IMG/VR virus record: IMGVR_UViG_3300042013_000018
Span: 1-64,000 of that record
Source: a virus
Lineage: Duplodnaviria > Caudoviricetes
DNA: 64,000 nt
Reading direction: 5' to 3' (one strand)
The notes under the pieces are model-generated. The model was not told the origin of the DNA. It was given only the letters and a program-made list of their open reading frames with translations, and searched no databases. Shown here piece after piece: positions 9,039 through 18,625 of the stretch; within the stretch, counting starts at the first letter, position 1; every line of letters starts with the position of its first letter. A program made the translations under genes and the position numbers.

Positions 9039-9977
9039 ATGAGCCTCGTTGTTATTGATGGAGATTTAATCTCGTACAAGGCTTCAGCAGCAAGTGAAAC
9101 ACGAACAATTATTGTAAAGAATTTGAATACAGACAAAGAACGTGAGTTTGCCAACCGTACTGAGTTTAAAGAATTTCTGGCAATTGAAGAAAAAGATATT
9201 AAAGACTATTCTATTACAGACTTGCAAACCCCCGAACCTTTGAACAATTGTCTGCACACAGTTAAGATGATGCTTCAAGGTATTCATGAAGCTTCTGGTT
9301 GCGATGAAATGAAGGTTGTGGTACAAGGTGAAGGTAACTTTCGAGATGAATTGTTGCTTCCAACTAAGTACAAGTCAAACCGCTCTGGCACTGAAAAGCC
9401 CCTTCATTTAGCTGAAGCAAGAGGCTATTTGTTGGGGAAATACAAGGCTGAAAAGGCCGATGGCTGGGAAAGTGATGACGTACTAGCCTCCTATGCTTAC
9501 GAGGGTTTCAAGACTAAAAAGCGCATTGTACAAGCGACTATTGATAAAGACGCGAACCAATGTATGGGGTGGCTTTACAATTGGGATAAGATGACTCAAC
9601 CAATGTTTGTATCTGGTCTTGGCTTTCTTACTAAAGAGGGTAAAGGTTATGGTCGTAAGTTTCTATACTACCAAGTGTGCGTTGGAGATCCTTCTGACTG
9701 TTACAAGCCTACAGAGTTAGTTAAAGCCAAGTATGGTGCAGCTTCAGCCTTCAAAGACTTTGGTGAACTAACTACAGATAAAGAATGCTGGTCTAAAATG
9801 AAAGAACTTTATAAGACTTGGTATCCTGAAGAGTTTGTTTACACAGCTTGGAATGGACAAGAAGTACAAGGTAATTGGTTACAGATGATGCAACTTTATG
9901 CTGACTGTGCCCATATGAAAAGGTTTGTTGGTGATAGATTGAATGTTGAAGAAACTTTAAATAAACTAGGAGTTTAA
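9039..9977 (+). CDS. 5'-3' exonuclease (T7 gp6 / T5 D15-like flap nuclease fold)
   Basis: VIDGDLISY, NFRDELL..YKSNR, ESDDVLA, IDKD, GDPSD acidic motifs. Confidence 0.88.
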   Translation: MSLVVIDGDLISYKASAASETRTIIVKNLNTDKEREFANRTEFKEFLAIEEKDIKDYSITDLQTPEPLNNCLHTVKMMLQGIHEASGCDEMKVVVQGEGNFRDELLLPTKYKSNRSGTEKPLHLAEARGYLLGKYKAEKADGWESDDVLASYAYEGFKTKKRIVQATIDKDANQCMGWLYNWDKMTQPMFVSGLGFLTKEGKGYGRKFLYYQVCVGDPSDCYKPTELVKAKYGAASAFKDFGELTTDKECWSKMKELYKTWYPEEFVYTAWNGQEVQGNWLQMMQLYADCAHMKRFVGDRLNVEETLNKLGV

Positions 9978-9978
9978 A

Positions 9979-10323
9979 ATGATAAAAATTACTCAAGAAC
10001 AACTGTGGGAATACGTTTCTGAAGTGGGTGAGTCTGAGAAAGAGTTCCGTAAATACTCTTCATTCTACATCACTACTTCACATACTATCCGCCAAGAAGA
10101 TGTAAATGAACTTGCTAAAGAAGGTTTAGATGCAAGCGATTTTCTGAATGTTTTGGTTAGTCGTAATGGTACTTGGGACGATTCTTGGGGCACTGAATGG
10201 GACGGTAAGCTTGAATACTTCAAGGTTGAAGATTATGATGAAGTAGTACCAGAGGTTATCATTCCTGAACACACTGTTACTAAACAACGATATGCAGCAT
10301 TTAGCCCTGAGTTTGTGGAGTAA
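9979..10323 (+). CDS. hypothetical phage protein
   Basis: 114-aa ORF, RBS TAGGAG. Confidence 0.8.
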   Translation: MIKITQEQLWEYVSEVGESEKEFRKYSSFYITTSHTIRQEDVNELAKEGLDASDFLNVLVSRNGTWDDSWGTEWDGKLEYFKVEDYDEVVPEVIIPEHTVTKQRYAAFSPEFVE

Positions 10324-10326
10324 GCT

Positions 10327-10518
10327 ATGAAATACAAATTCAATATTAATGGTAGTTTTCCAATTGCCCTAGAATACCTAATTAAGAACTCATCAGAAGA
10401 GGTTCTAGAGCATTGGGATAAGCTCAGAGGTAGTGATTGGTATATAGGCACAAAGTCTGGTAAGGAGTGTCAAGACTTTAATACTTATGAAGAGCTTAAA
10501 GCGAAGTTTGAGGAATGA
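10327..10518 (+). CDS. hypothetical phage protein
   Basis: 63-aa ORF, RBS GGAG. Confidence 0.7.
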   Translation: MKYKFNINGSFPIALEYLIKNSSEEVLEHWDKLRGSDWYIGTKSGKECQDFNTYEELKAKFEE

Positions 10519-11117
10519 CAGTACCATCAGCACTGGACCTAAAGAAACGAGAAGATAAGCTAAAGCAATTCCTAAAGAAACTCAATGAGGATGGATCACC
10601 ACAAGAGAAGCATGTTGTTGCTGTTGTACGTTCTGCTATTCGTAAAGCTTGGATGAAGAGTGATGTGAAGTTGGCTTACCTTTACAGTCGAACGATTCCA
10701 GATATGGACAACACCACACGAACCAAATGGCTATATGAGTGTGAGATTTGCAAGGGTTTGTTCAAGGAAAATGAAGTTCAGTGTGACCATGTGGATGGCA
10801 ATCATAGCTTCACAAAGACATCAGACTTTGATGACTACTTTAATAATATCTTGATGGTTGGTTTTGATGGGCTTCAGCTGCTTTGTTGTGACATACCGAG
10901 TAAGAATCATATTGGTTGCCACAGTTACAAAACATTGTCTGAGTCATTGAATATTACCTTTGAAGAGAGTAAGATTGAGAAGGTTGTTATTCAGCTGTGT
11001 AAGATGAAAGCTGGAGATATAGATAAGTGGTTGGCAGCAAGGGGTGTACAGGTTGCTAAGAATCCAACAGCTAGGCGGAATGCTATACGAGAGGCATTAA
11101 AGAATGAACGAGATTGA
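10515..11117 (+). CDS. HNH-type endonuclease (possible resolvase of replication module)
   Basis: YECEICKG..VQCDHVD..LQLLCC..CHSYKT His-Me finger pattern; ATGA overlap. Confidence 0.7.
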   Translation: MTVPSALDLKKREDKLKQFLKKLNEDGSPQEKHVVAVVRSAIRKAWMKSDVKLAYLYSRTIPDMDNTTRTKWLYECEICKGLFKENEVQCDHVDGNHSFTKTSDFDDYFNNILMVGFDGLQLLCCDIPSKNHIGCHSYKTLSESLNITFEESKIEKVVIQLCKMKAGDIDKWLAARGVQVAKNPTARRNAIREALKNERD

Positions 11118-11274
11118 CCTAAAACTTATCTATGAACGATTCAACGAAATTGATAGGCAACTTACTCAACTTAGGAAAGAAGTCGATGAGATGCTTCCTA
11201 AGAAGAAACCTTGGGTACCTCAGTGGGAAGAACATCTTTCTGATAATGAACAATGGGATGAGGCTAATAAATGA
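11104..11274 (+). CDS. small hypothetical protein (56 aa, not in ORF track)
   Basis: RBS GAGG; MNEIDLKLIYERFNEIDRQL... coiled-coil. Confidence 0.6.
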   Translation: MNEIDLKLIYERFNEIDRQLTQLRKEVDEMLPKKKPWVPQWEEHLSDNEQWDEANK

Positions 11275-11359
11275 AGCGTGACCATCTGATGTGGCAACTT
11301 ATTGTTGAATTTTCTACCTACTATTATATCTTTTGTAGTCAGATCTTGGGAAGTTAGCT

Positions 11360-11599
11360 ATGACAATCTTAGAGTTTAAACCTAGAGATGTTGTGAAAGA
11401 AATTGAAGCGATTAAGCTATCAGCTATGGATGTGATTCCAGATAATGTGATGCTAGAGTATTGGAAAGAAAGGAACGATATCATTAGTAAAACTTTCCCG
11501 ACACTCTCTGTCTGGGAGAAACAGGATACGCTTGACACTGTTTTGCTGATCAATAATGAATTGTATGAATTGGCTCTTAAACTAAAGAAAGGGGAATAA
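11360..11599 (+). CDS. hypothetical phage protein
   Basis: 79-aa ORF, RBS GGGAAG. Confidence 0.7.
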   Translation: MTILEFKPRDVVKEIEAIKLSAMDVIPDNVMLEYWKERNDIISKTFPTLSVWEKQDTLDTVLLINNELYELALKLKKGE

Positions 11600-11601
11600 A
11601 T

Positions 11602-12369
11602 TTGAAACATCTGATCATCGCGGACACGCAGGTTAAGCCCAACCATGACCTAAGCTATCTGTCAGCTATTGGTGAATACATTGCACACAAAAAGCCAGAT
11701 GTAATCATTCATATTGGCGACCATTACGATATGGAGAGTCTTAGTTCTTATGATAAAGGCAAGAAATCTTTTGAAGGTCGTCGAGTTGTTGATGACCTGA
11801 AAGCCGGTCATGAAGGTATGCGCCTGATTATGGAGCCAATTTGGCGTGTGCAGGAGAATCAACGTAAGGCTAAGAAGAAAGCATACAATCCTAAGATGAT
11901 CTTTTGTTTAGGTAATCACGAGGCCCGTGCTGACAGGTTTGCGAATGATAATCCTGAATTTACAGGGTTTCTTGGTACGTCCCAACTTAACCTTGAACAA
12001 TATGGCTGGACGGTTTTCCCCTTTCTTAAGCCTGCTGTTGTGGATGGGATTAACTATGTACACTTCCTAGCCAATCCCTTTACAGGTAAACCTTATGGCG
12101 GGAATGCACTAGCACAGCTTAAAACCGTTGGTTGTTCATTTGTAGTCGGGCATAAACAATTGCTCGACGTGTCACTTCGACCAACTCTAGACGGCAAGAT
12201 GCAGATTGGTATTATTAATGGGGCTTGTTATCCATTTGATGAAGATTATAAAGGCCACCAAGGTAACAACCACTTCCGGGGGTTGACTATGCTGCATGAG
12301 GTCAATGACGGGTTTGGTTTGCCATCGTTTGTATCACTTGACTTTATTATGGATAAGTATGGAAGTTAA
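11602..12369 (+). CDS. calcineurin-like metallophosphoesterase
   Basis: IADTQ, IGDHYD, LGNHE, VGHKQ motifs; TTG start with AAAGGGG. Confidence 0.88.
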   Translation: MKHLIIADTQVKPNHDLSYLSAIGEYIAHKKPDVIIHIGDHYDMESLSSYDKGKKSFEGRRVVDDLKAGHEGMRLIMEPIWRVQENQRKAKKKAYNPKMIFCLGNHEARADRFANDNPEFTGFLGTSQLNLEQYGWTVFPFLKPAVVDGINYVHFLANPFTGKPYGGNALAQLKTVGCSFVVGHKQLLDVSLRPTLDGKMQIGIINGACYPFDEDYKGHQGNNHFRGLTMLHEVNDGFGLPSFVSLDFIMDKYGS

Positions 12370-12925
12370 CGAGCTTTACACTTATGATGAAACCAGCCCT
12401 ACTTGCCTTAGGTGGGCTGTGGACATTTACTCAGGACGTTATAAAAACTTCTTGAATGTAGCTATAGGTGATGTTGCTGGTGGTATAGGTAACAGCGGCT
12501 ACTATCAAGTAAGGAAAGAACGTAAGCTACAACTTGTTCACAGAGTTATTTGGGAAATGCACTATGGATTGATTGAACAAGGGAAGTTTATTGATCATAT
12601 TGATGGTGACAGAACAAACAATAAACTGGATAACTTGAGGCTTGTTTCAAGGTCTGGAAACGCCCGTAACTGTAAACCCCGGCATGACAACACTTCAGGG
12701 ACAGTGGGTGTATATTACGGAACAAGTAAGAATAGGAGTGGAAGTTTATCTTACAATTGGCGTGCTAAATGGACAGACTTGGAAGGTAAAGAAAGAAGTA
12801 AGGCATTCAGTGTGAAAAAGTTTGGTGATGAGGGTGCTTACAAGCTTGCTGTTGAGTATAGACAGAAGATGATTGAGGAGCTAAACTCAATGGGTGCGGG
12901 TTATACAGATAGGCATGTGAAATAA
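12359..12925 (+). CDS. HNH homing endonuclease with AP2-like C-terminal DNA-binding domain
   Basis: VHRVIWEMHYG..IDHIDGDRTNNKLDNLR; SGTVGV..WRAKW..KAFSVKKFG. Confidence 0.9.
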   Translation: MEVNELYTYDETSPTCLRWAVDIYSGRYKNFLNVAIGDVAGGIGNSGYYQVRKERKLQLVHRVIWEMHYGLIEQGKFIDHIDGDRTNNKLDNLRLVSRSGNARNCKPRHDNTSGTVGVYYGTSKNRSGSLSYNWRAKWTDLEGKERSKAFSVKKFGDEGAYKLAVEYRQKMIEELNSMGAGYTDRHVK

Positions 12926-12929
12926 CCAC

Positions 12930-12959
12930 TTGACAGCGCCCCTAAAAAAGGCGCAATAT
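12930..12959 (+). promoter_or_regulatory. sigma70-like promoter with GCGCC/GGCGC inverted repeat in spacer
   Basis: TTGACA-18 nt-CAATAT in intergenic gap. Confidence 0.45.
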
Positions 12960-13003
12960 GCCTCATCAAGCTGTATGATATAAATCAATAGGAGAGAATT
13001 AAT

Positions 13004-13636
13004 ATGCAAGAATTTAAACTGAATGATAAAGTAACAATTGGCCCTAACTCTATTGGTGTCGGTGTGGGCACAGTCTTTACAGTAGTTGAGAATTTGAGGG
13101 TGAAGGGTGTTTGGATTGACGTACGAGACAAAGAGGTTATGCTTAAGTATGTCCACAAAGGCTTACAGAATTGCTTTGCAGACTTCACCTTGTATGTTGA
13201 AGACAAACCTAAACGCTTTGCTGTAGGAGACCGCGTTATCTCCACACGCGACACCCCAGAAGTGCCAGAAGGATTTGTTGGTTATATTGTAGACAAACCT
13301 TCTAATAGTGCTACAGAGTATGATTATGCTGTTCAAGGTATCATTAACACGGAATACTTTAATGAAGATGAATTGGAGTTGTTGAGTATGTCTAAAGAAA
13401 CCCCTGTAAAAGACGTTATTAACTCCCCTAAACATTACGCCGTATTTGAAGATGTTGAAGCAATCCAAGTTATTGCAAGCTGCATGACACAAGAGATGTT
13501 TAAAGGTTACTGCCTTGGTAATATTCTTAAATACCGTTTGCGTGCTGGTGCTAAAGATGATGTAATGCAGGAGTTGGGCAAGGCTGATAAGTATCAAGAA
13601 TTGTTTAGTCAACATAAGCACTTGTGTAAGGAGTAG
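13004..13636 (+). CDS. DUF3310 (T7 gp1.7-like nucleotide kinase) domain protein with two N-terminal SH3-like segments
   Basis: INSPKHY..EAI..GYCLGNILKYRLRAGAK..ELGKADKY. Confidence 0.85.
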   Translation: MQEFKLNDKVTIGPNSIGVGVGTVFTVVENLRVKGVWIDVRDKEVMLKYVHKGLQNCFADFTLYVEDKPKRFAVGDRVISTRDTPEVPEGFVGYIVDKPSNSATEYDYAVQGIINTEYFNEDELELLSMSKETPVKDVINSPKHYAVFEDVEAIQVIASCMTQEMFKGYCLGNILKYRLRAGAKDDVMQELGKADKYQELFSQHKHLCKE

Positions 13637-13640
13637 TCCT

Positions 13641-13970
13641 TTGATATACTTAGCATCCCCATACAGCTACAAAGCTGATGCACAATTAATGCACACACGC
13701 TACCTACAAGCTCTGGCTAAGACAGCAGAGCTTACGCGAGAAGGATTGGCAGTGTTTAGCCCTATTGTGTCAAGTCATCAACTGTCTCTGTCACACGATA
13801 TGCCTACAACTTGGGATTTCTGGAGTGTTGTTGATTATAAATTCCTAGATGCTTCTAGTGAATTGTATGTTCTTATGCTAGACTGTTGGGACAAGAGCAC
13901 AGGCGTAGCAGCAGAGATTAAGTATGCTGAACAGATTGGCTTGCCGATTAAATATATTACTGAGGTTTAA
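13641..13970 (+). CDS. DUF1937 / nucleoside 2-deoxyribosyltransferase-like protein
   Basis: IYLASPYS..VFSPIVSSH..W..S.GV.AEI.YA pattern. Confidence 0.8.
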   Translation: MIYLASPYSYKADAQLMHTRYLQALAKTAELTREGLAVFSPIVSSHQLSLSHDMPTTWDFWSVVDYKFLDASSELYVLMLDCWDKSTGVAAEIKYAEQIGLPIKYITEV

Positions 13971-13980
13971 GGAGAAAGTT

Positions 13981-14460
13981 TTGAGTAAGCGTGATTGTGT
14001 AAAGTTCGGATATGCTATTGGTAACTCACCAAGCCAAGCAAGTTTGTATGAAGTGTTTAAGCAGATTAAACATCAATCAGATTTGATTACAGAGGAATGT
14101 CAAGAATTGTCGGATGCGGTAGTTGTTGATGATATGATTGAAATCCTTGATGGGTGTATGGATATCAAGTTCCTCAACACATACTTGGAACATCTTCTGG
14201 AAGCTTATGGTTGTAATGTTAAGGGTGCTTGGGATGCCGTATGTTCCAATAACTTGGGTAAGACAACTAACAGTATTACATATGCACAGTTGAGCAAGGA
14301 AGCACAAGAAGAGAACGGGACACCTTGCTATGTAGACAGCATTGTATTTGAAGGTGAAACTGTCTACACTGTAAAACGTCAGAGTGATTCAAAGGTTATG
14401 AAACTGTTGAATCATGTACGTCCAGATTTGGAACAGTTTGTTGGTAAGGAGTTCCGTTAA
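13981..14460 (+). CDS. MazG-like / PRA-PH nucleotide pyrophosphohydrolase
   Basis: LITEECQEL..EILDGCMD..V..NN..K motif; TTG start 13981 after AAGGAG. Confidence 0.75.
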   Translation: MSKRDCVKFGYAIGNSPSQASLYEVFKQIKHQSDLITEECQELSDAVVVDDMIEILDGCMDIKFLNTYLEHLLEAYGCNVKGAWDAVCSNNLGKTTNSITYAQLSKEAQEENGTPCYVDSIVFEGETVYTVKRQSDSKVMKLLNHVRPDLEQFVGKEFR

Positions 14461-14461
14461 A

Positions 14462-15331
14462 ATGACACAACCTAGTGCAAAAACAATAGCAGATAGCGTG
14501 TTTGAAGGTAGCCGCCTAATCACCCTTGAGATTGAACTTCATCGCTTTATTTTGCCTGAATACAACACTCATCGTAGTCTTAGTCGTAACTTCCAAAGCT
14601 CTCGTGCTGTACCAGTTAAACAAATGATTGAGCAAGTACGAAACAATCCTGCAATGCCTGTTCACTGGGGTTTGAATGAGCCGGGTATGGTTGCTAATGG
14701 GGAGATAGAAGACAACGAACATGTAGTCCATTATTGGAAGGAGGCTGCAAAAGAAGCTGCTGATTCTGCTTTCTATATGGACAAACAAGGTCTGCATAAA
14801 CAAATTGTTAATCGTCTTCTTGAGCCTTTTATGTGGACTAAGGGTGTTAGTACAGGTACACTTGAAGCTTGGCAAGCATTCTTGAAACTGCGTTTGCACA
14901 AAGATGCTCAACCAGAAATTAAAGCTTTGGCTGAACAAATTAATGAGGCTATCAATACAAGCAGTGTTGTAGAGCTTGGTCCTGAAGATTGGCACATGCC
15001 TTATTTTGGTGATGGCTATTGGCTCAAAGGGTGTGGTATTAGTCTTCAAGATGCTTTGATGATTTCTACAAGCTGTACAGGACAAGTTAGTTATCGTAAA
15101 CTTGATGATACTCTTGAGAAAGCTAAGAAGATTTATGGTATGCTGAATCTTCCAGAGGGCGGGGTTTACAAAGAAGATCCACCACACTTTAGCCCTACGG
15201 AGCATCAAGCTAAAGCACGTAACAGTGGTGTTGAGTTGAGTGGCAATTTCCAGACAAAAGATTCTTGGATGCAGTATCGTAAGCTTCTTGAAAAAGGTTA
15301 TGAATCTATTTATATTGGAGAAATAAAATGA
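14462..15331 (+). CDS. thyX: flavin-dependent thymidylate synthase
   Basis: RFILPEYNTHRSLSRNFQSSRAVP (ThyX signature variant), HKQIVNRLLEPF, AQPEI. Confidence 0.88.
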   Translation: MTQPSAKTIADSVFEGSRLITLEIELHRFILPEYNTHRSLSRNFQSSRAVPVKQMIEQVRNNPAMPVHWGLNEPGMVANGEIEDNEHVVHYWKEAAKEAADSAFYMDKQGLHKQIVNRLLEPFMWTKGVSTGTLEAWQAFLKLRLHKDAQPEIKALAEQINEAINTSSVVELGPEDWHMPYFGDGYWLKGCGISLQDALMISTSCTGQVSYRKLDDTLEKAKKIYGMLNLPEGGVYKEDPPHFSPTEHQAKARNSGVELSGNFQTKDSWMQYRKLLEKGYESIYIGEIK

Positions 15332-15531
15332 AATTTAAAGAGCAAGAAAATTATGCAATTGCCGCTTGGATGAACGATCTTCTGAACATCATCAAAGTTA
15401 AGAGTTTCCTGTTGAAGAAAGAAGACAGCTTCCTAGTTTTTATGGAAAATAGTAAAGAATTCTTAGATTATTATCTGGACGATTACAGTCCTCGTGAAGC
15501 TTATGATGCATTTGATGGAGAAGAAGTATGA
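15328..15531 (+). CDS. hypothetical phage protein
   Basis: 67-aa ORF, ATGA overlap, GGAG RBS. Confidence 0.75.
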   Translation: MKFKEQENYAIAAWMNDLLNIIKVKSFLLKKEDSFLVFMENSKEFLDYYLDDYSPREAYDAFDGEEV

Positions 15532-15893
15532 GCGGCATTGGACATGTACTAAGTATTTCAGACTTGCTTCTGATTGATAACTTCAAAGCAGCCTTTGGTA
15601 GTGATGATAAAGTTACTCTTGAAAAGATTCTTTACGAGAATGGTATTGATACAGAAGAACCTTACACTCTTGAGTATTCAAAGCATCGTAACTTACGTGG
15701 TAATATTGTAAGTTGTGAACGCTTTGTAGGCATGGAGCGATCCGACCAGCAATGGCTTAAGTCAGGTGCTTCGAGCTGGGAAAACGTAGTTGCCAACTGT
15801 GATTTGGATCTACGTATTCAACTGATGAACATGGGTAAGAACTACAGCAATACGGCACACATTGTGTCTGAGCTTGAACGACACGCTAATTAA
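15528..15893 (+). CDS. conserved hypothetical phage protein
   Basis: 121-aa ORF upstream of RNR; ATGA overlap. Confidence 0.8.
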   Translation: MSGIGHVLSISDLLLIDNFKAAFGSDDKVTLEKILYENGIDTEEPYTLEYSKHRNLRGNIVSCERFVGMERSDQQWLKSGASSWENVVANCDLDLRIQLMNMGKNYSNTAHIVSELERHAN

Positions 15894-15902
15894 GGAGAGG
15901 TA

Positions 15903-16886
15903 ATGCTAACTCGTATTCAAACACCTAAGACGGAGTTTACTGTAGACTATCCGCAAGCTTGTGAGTTCACCGACCAGCAAGCTTCTGTATTCTGGCCTCA
16001 CTTTGAAGTTAAAGTACACAAAGATAAACAAGACATTATGGTGAACATGACTGAGGCTGAGAGCCATGGTACCATTACAACACTTAAATTGTTTTCTAAG
16101 TATGAGCAGATTATCGGGACAGAGTTTTGGATTAACTTTGTAATGAAGAAGTTCCCCCGCCCTGCTGATATTCAACCAATGGCTGCTATGTTTGGTGCTA
16201 TGGAATTGGCTGTACACCAAAAGTTTTATAGCACACTGAATGAAGAACTTGGTTTGGCAACAGATGAATTCTACAATCAATATCTTGAAGATGAAGACTT
16301 GACTGCACGTATTGAGTTTCTAGAAAACACGTTGGCTAACAAGGACGACTTACACGCTCTTGGTTGCTTCACATTTGGGGAGGGTGCAATTCTTTACTCA
16401 AGTTTTGCTTTCTTGAAACACTTCCAGAGTCAAGGTAAGAACAAACTTCTGAACGTAGTGAGTGGTATTAACTTCTCTGCTCGTGATGAAAATCTTCACT
16501 CTGAAGCGGCTGCTTGGTTGTTCCGAACACTGCTACAAGAACAGAAAGATGCTGGTTTTATTGATGCAACTTATGAAGGTCAGCTTAAAGCTGACATCTA
16601 TGAGGCTGCTGAAACAGTAATGCTTCATGAAAAAACAATCATTAAGAAGATCTTTGAGAAAGGTCGTATTGAGGGCATCACAGATGTTCAACTAGAATAC
16701 TTTGCACAGAGTCGAGTAAATCTCTGTCTTCGTAATCTAGGATATGAAAATTTGTTTAAGGTAGAGTACAACCCGGTTGCAGATTGGTTCTATAAAGGCA
16801 TTAACGGTTTTAGCTCCATCGACTTCTTTAACAGTCAGGGCAACCAATACCAGCGCGACTGGGACTCTCAAGGTTTTAAATTCTAA
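15903..16886 (+). CDS. nrdB: ribonucleotide reductase class I beta subunit
   Basis: FW.., E..H...Y radical Tyr, GEGAILYSSF, RDENLH, DFF..QGNQY. Confidence 0.95.
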   Translation: MLTRIQTPKTEFTVDYPQACEFTDQQASVFWPHFEVKVHKDKQDIMVNMTEAESHGTITTLKLFSKYEQIIGTEFWINFVMKKFPRPADIQPMAAMFGAMELAVHQKFYSTLNEELGLATDEFYNQYLEDEDLTARIEFLENTLANKDDLHALGCFTFGEGAILYSSFAFLKHFQSQGKNKLLNVVSGINFSARDENLHSEAAAWLFRTLLQEQKDAGFIDATYEGQLKADIYEAAETVMLHEKTIIKKIFEKGRIEGITDVQLEYFAQSRVNLCLRNLGYENLFKVEYNPVADWFYKGINGFSSIDFFNSQGNQYQRDWDSQGFKF

Positions 16887-16896
16887 GGAGAATTAA

Positions 16897-18585
16897 GTGA
16901 CAAATAGTTATCGTGTATTGAGTGATGAACGTAAGAAGTTGCAAGAAGAGGGTTTGATGCCTGCCCATTGGTCCACTGGCTCTTGGCAGTTGTTTAAGAA
17001 TAAATATCTTTATCAAGCATCTAATCCAAAGGAGCAGTACCAACGTATCGCTGCAACACTGGCTGCTCACACTCCAGATCCTTCAGAGTGGAAAGAGAAG
17101 TTCTTTGATATTATGTGGAAAGGTTGGTTGAGTCCTAGTACGCCGATCTTGGCTAACACAGGTACTAACCGTGGGCTTCCTGTAAGTTGTGCTGGTAGTT
17201 ATATTCCTGATAGTATTGATGGTATCTACAAAGCGAAGCATGAAACTGCAATGCTAACTAAGATGGGTTTTGGTACAGCAGGTTATCTTGGTGATGTCCG
17301 CTCTCGTGGTGAATCTATCAGTGTAGGTGGTACTTCTACTGGGGTTATGCAGGTCATTGAAGGCTTCCAACGTGATATGGAGTACGTTGCTCAGGGTACG
17401 GCTCGGCGTGGTTCTTGGGCAGGTTATTTGCCTATTGATCATGGTGATTTCAATGAAGTTTGTACTTATCTGGAACAACATCCAGACGGGAATAACATCG
17501 GCTGGAATATCTCCGATGAATTCATTGAGCGTCTGAAGTCTGGGGATAAAGATGCAGTAGAACGCTATGGTAAATCGCTTAAAACCAAGATGGTAACGGG
17601 CAAGGGTTATTACTTCTTCCCACAGAAGGCAGAGCGTAAACGTCCTCAGTGGTATGTTGATCAGAAGCTTGATGTCAAAGCGCCACAGTTATGTAATGAA
17701 ATCATGCTTCACTCAAGTAAAGATTTTACTTATACTTGTGTGTTGGCAAGTATGAACGTAGAGCTTTTTGATGACTGGTATGGTACAGATGCTGTAAATA
17801 CTTCCATTGTCTTCCTTGATGCTGTCTGTCAGGAATTCATTGAACGGGCTAAGAACATTCCCGGTCTTGAGAAAGCTGTAGCGTTTACAAAGAACAGCAG
17901 AGCATTGGGCTTAGGGCAATGCGGCCTACATTCCTACATGCAAAAGAATATGATTGCATTTGAAAGCTTTGATGCCCACATGGTAAACAATAAGATTGCA
18001 AAGTACATTCAAGATGAGGCCATTAAAGCTTCTGAATGGCTTGCAAGTGTTTGGGGTGAACCTAAATGGATGAAAGGCTACGGTCGGGCTAATACACACC
18101 TAATTGCTATTGCACCAACTAAATCTACAGCACTTATTATGGGTGGCGTCAGTGAAGGTATTAACCCAGACACAGCCATGGTGTATACACAGAAAAGTGC
18201 TGGCGGTGAGGTTGATCGAGTTAACCCATATCTTCTAAAGCTTATGAAAGAGAAAGGTGTTTTCAATAAAGCAAACGTTGAGGACATTCGTGACAAGATG
18301 GGTAGTGTGCAACACGTTGAATGGTTGACTGAAGATGAGAAACTTGTGTTCCGTACAGCCTTTGAAATTAATCAGCATACAATCATTCGTCTAGCTGCTG
18401 CTCGTGGGAAGTTTACTGATCAATGGATGTCGTTGAATCTATTCTTCGCTGCGGGTGAGGACGAAGCGTACATTAATGAGGTACACAAGGAGGCTTTCTT
18501 GAATCCTGATATCCTTGGCCTTTACTATGTCTACAGCATGGCAGGTGTCCAAGCTTCAAAAGATGAATGCCTTGCTTGTCAATAG
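16897..18585 (+). CDS. nrdA: ribonucleotide reductase class I alpha subunit (no ATP cone)
   Basis: SPSTPILAN, PVSC, QLCNEI, CVLASMN, IAPTKST, GLYYVYS, C-terminal CLACQ. Confidence 0.95.
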   Translation: MTNSYRVLSDERKKLQEEGLMPAHWSTGSWQLFKNKYLYQASNPKEQYQRIAATLAAHTPDPSEWKEKFFDIMWKGWLSPSTPILANTGTNRGLPVSCAGSYIPDSIDGIYKAKHETAMLTKMGFGTAGYLGDVRSRGESISVGGTSTGVMQVIEGFQRDMEYVAQGTARRGSWAGYLPIDHGDFNEVCTYLEQHPDGNNIGWNISDEFIERLKSGDKDAVERYGKSLKTKMVTGKGYYFFPQKAERKRPQWYVDQKLDVKAPQLCNEIMLHSSKDFTYTCVLASMNVELFDDWYGTDAVNTSIVFLDAVCQEFIERAKNIPGLEKAVAFTKNSRALGLGQCGLHSYMQKNMIAFESFDAHMVNNKIAKYIQDEAIKASEWLASVWGEPKWMKGYGRANTHLIAIAPTKSTALIMGGVSEGINPDTAMVYTQKSAGGEVDRVNPYLLKLMKEKGVFNKANVEDIRDKMGSVQHVEWLTEDEKLVFRTAFEINQHTIIRLAAARGKFTDQWMSLNLFFAAGEDEAYINEVHKEAFLNPDILGLYYVYSMAGVQASKDECLACQ

Positions 18586-18596
18586 AAAATAAATTG

Positions 18597-18625
18597 TTGA
18601 CAGGTCTTCTCTGATCAACCATACT
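18597..18625 (+). promoter_or_regulatory. sigma70-like promoter
   Basis: TTGACA-17 nt-CATACT with AT-rich UP-like element. Confidence 0.7.

Noticed and set aside
11271-11357. 28-aa ORF MKRDHLMWQLIVEF... filling a gap with ATGA overlap
   Set aside because: Too short and weakly supported to call; possible but unverified
14516-15208. 230-aa minus-strand ORF inside thyX
   Set aside because: Antisense shadow of a well-supported gene
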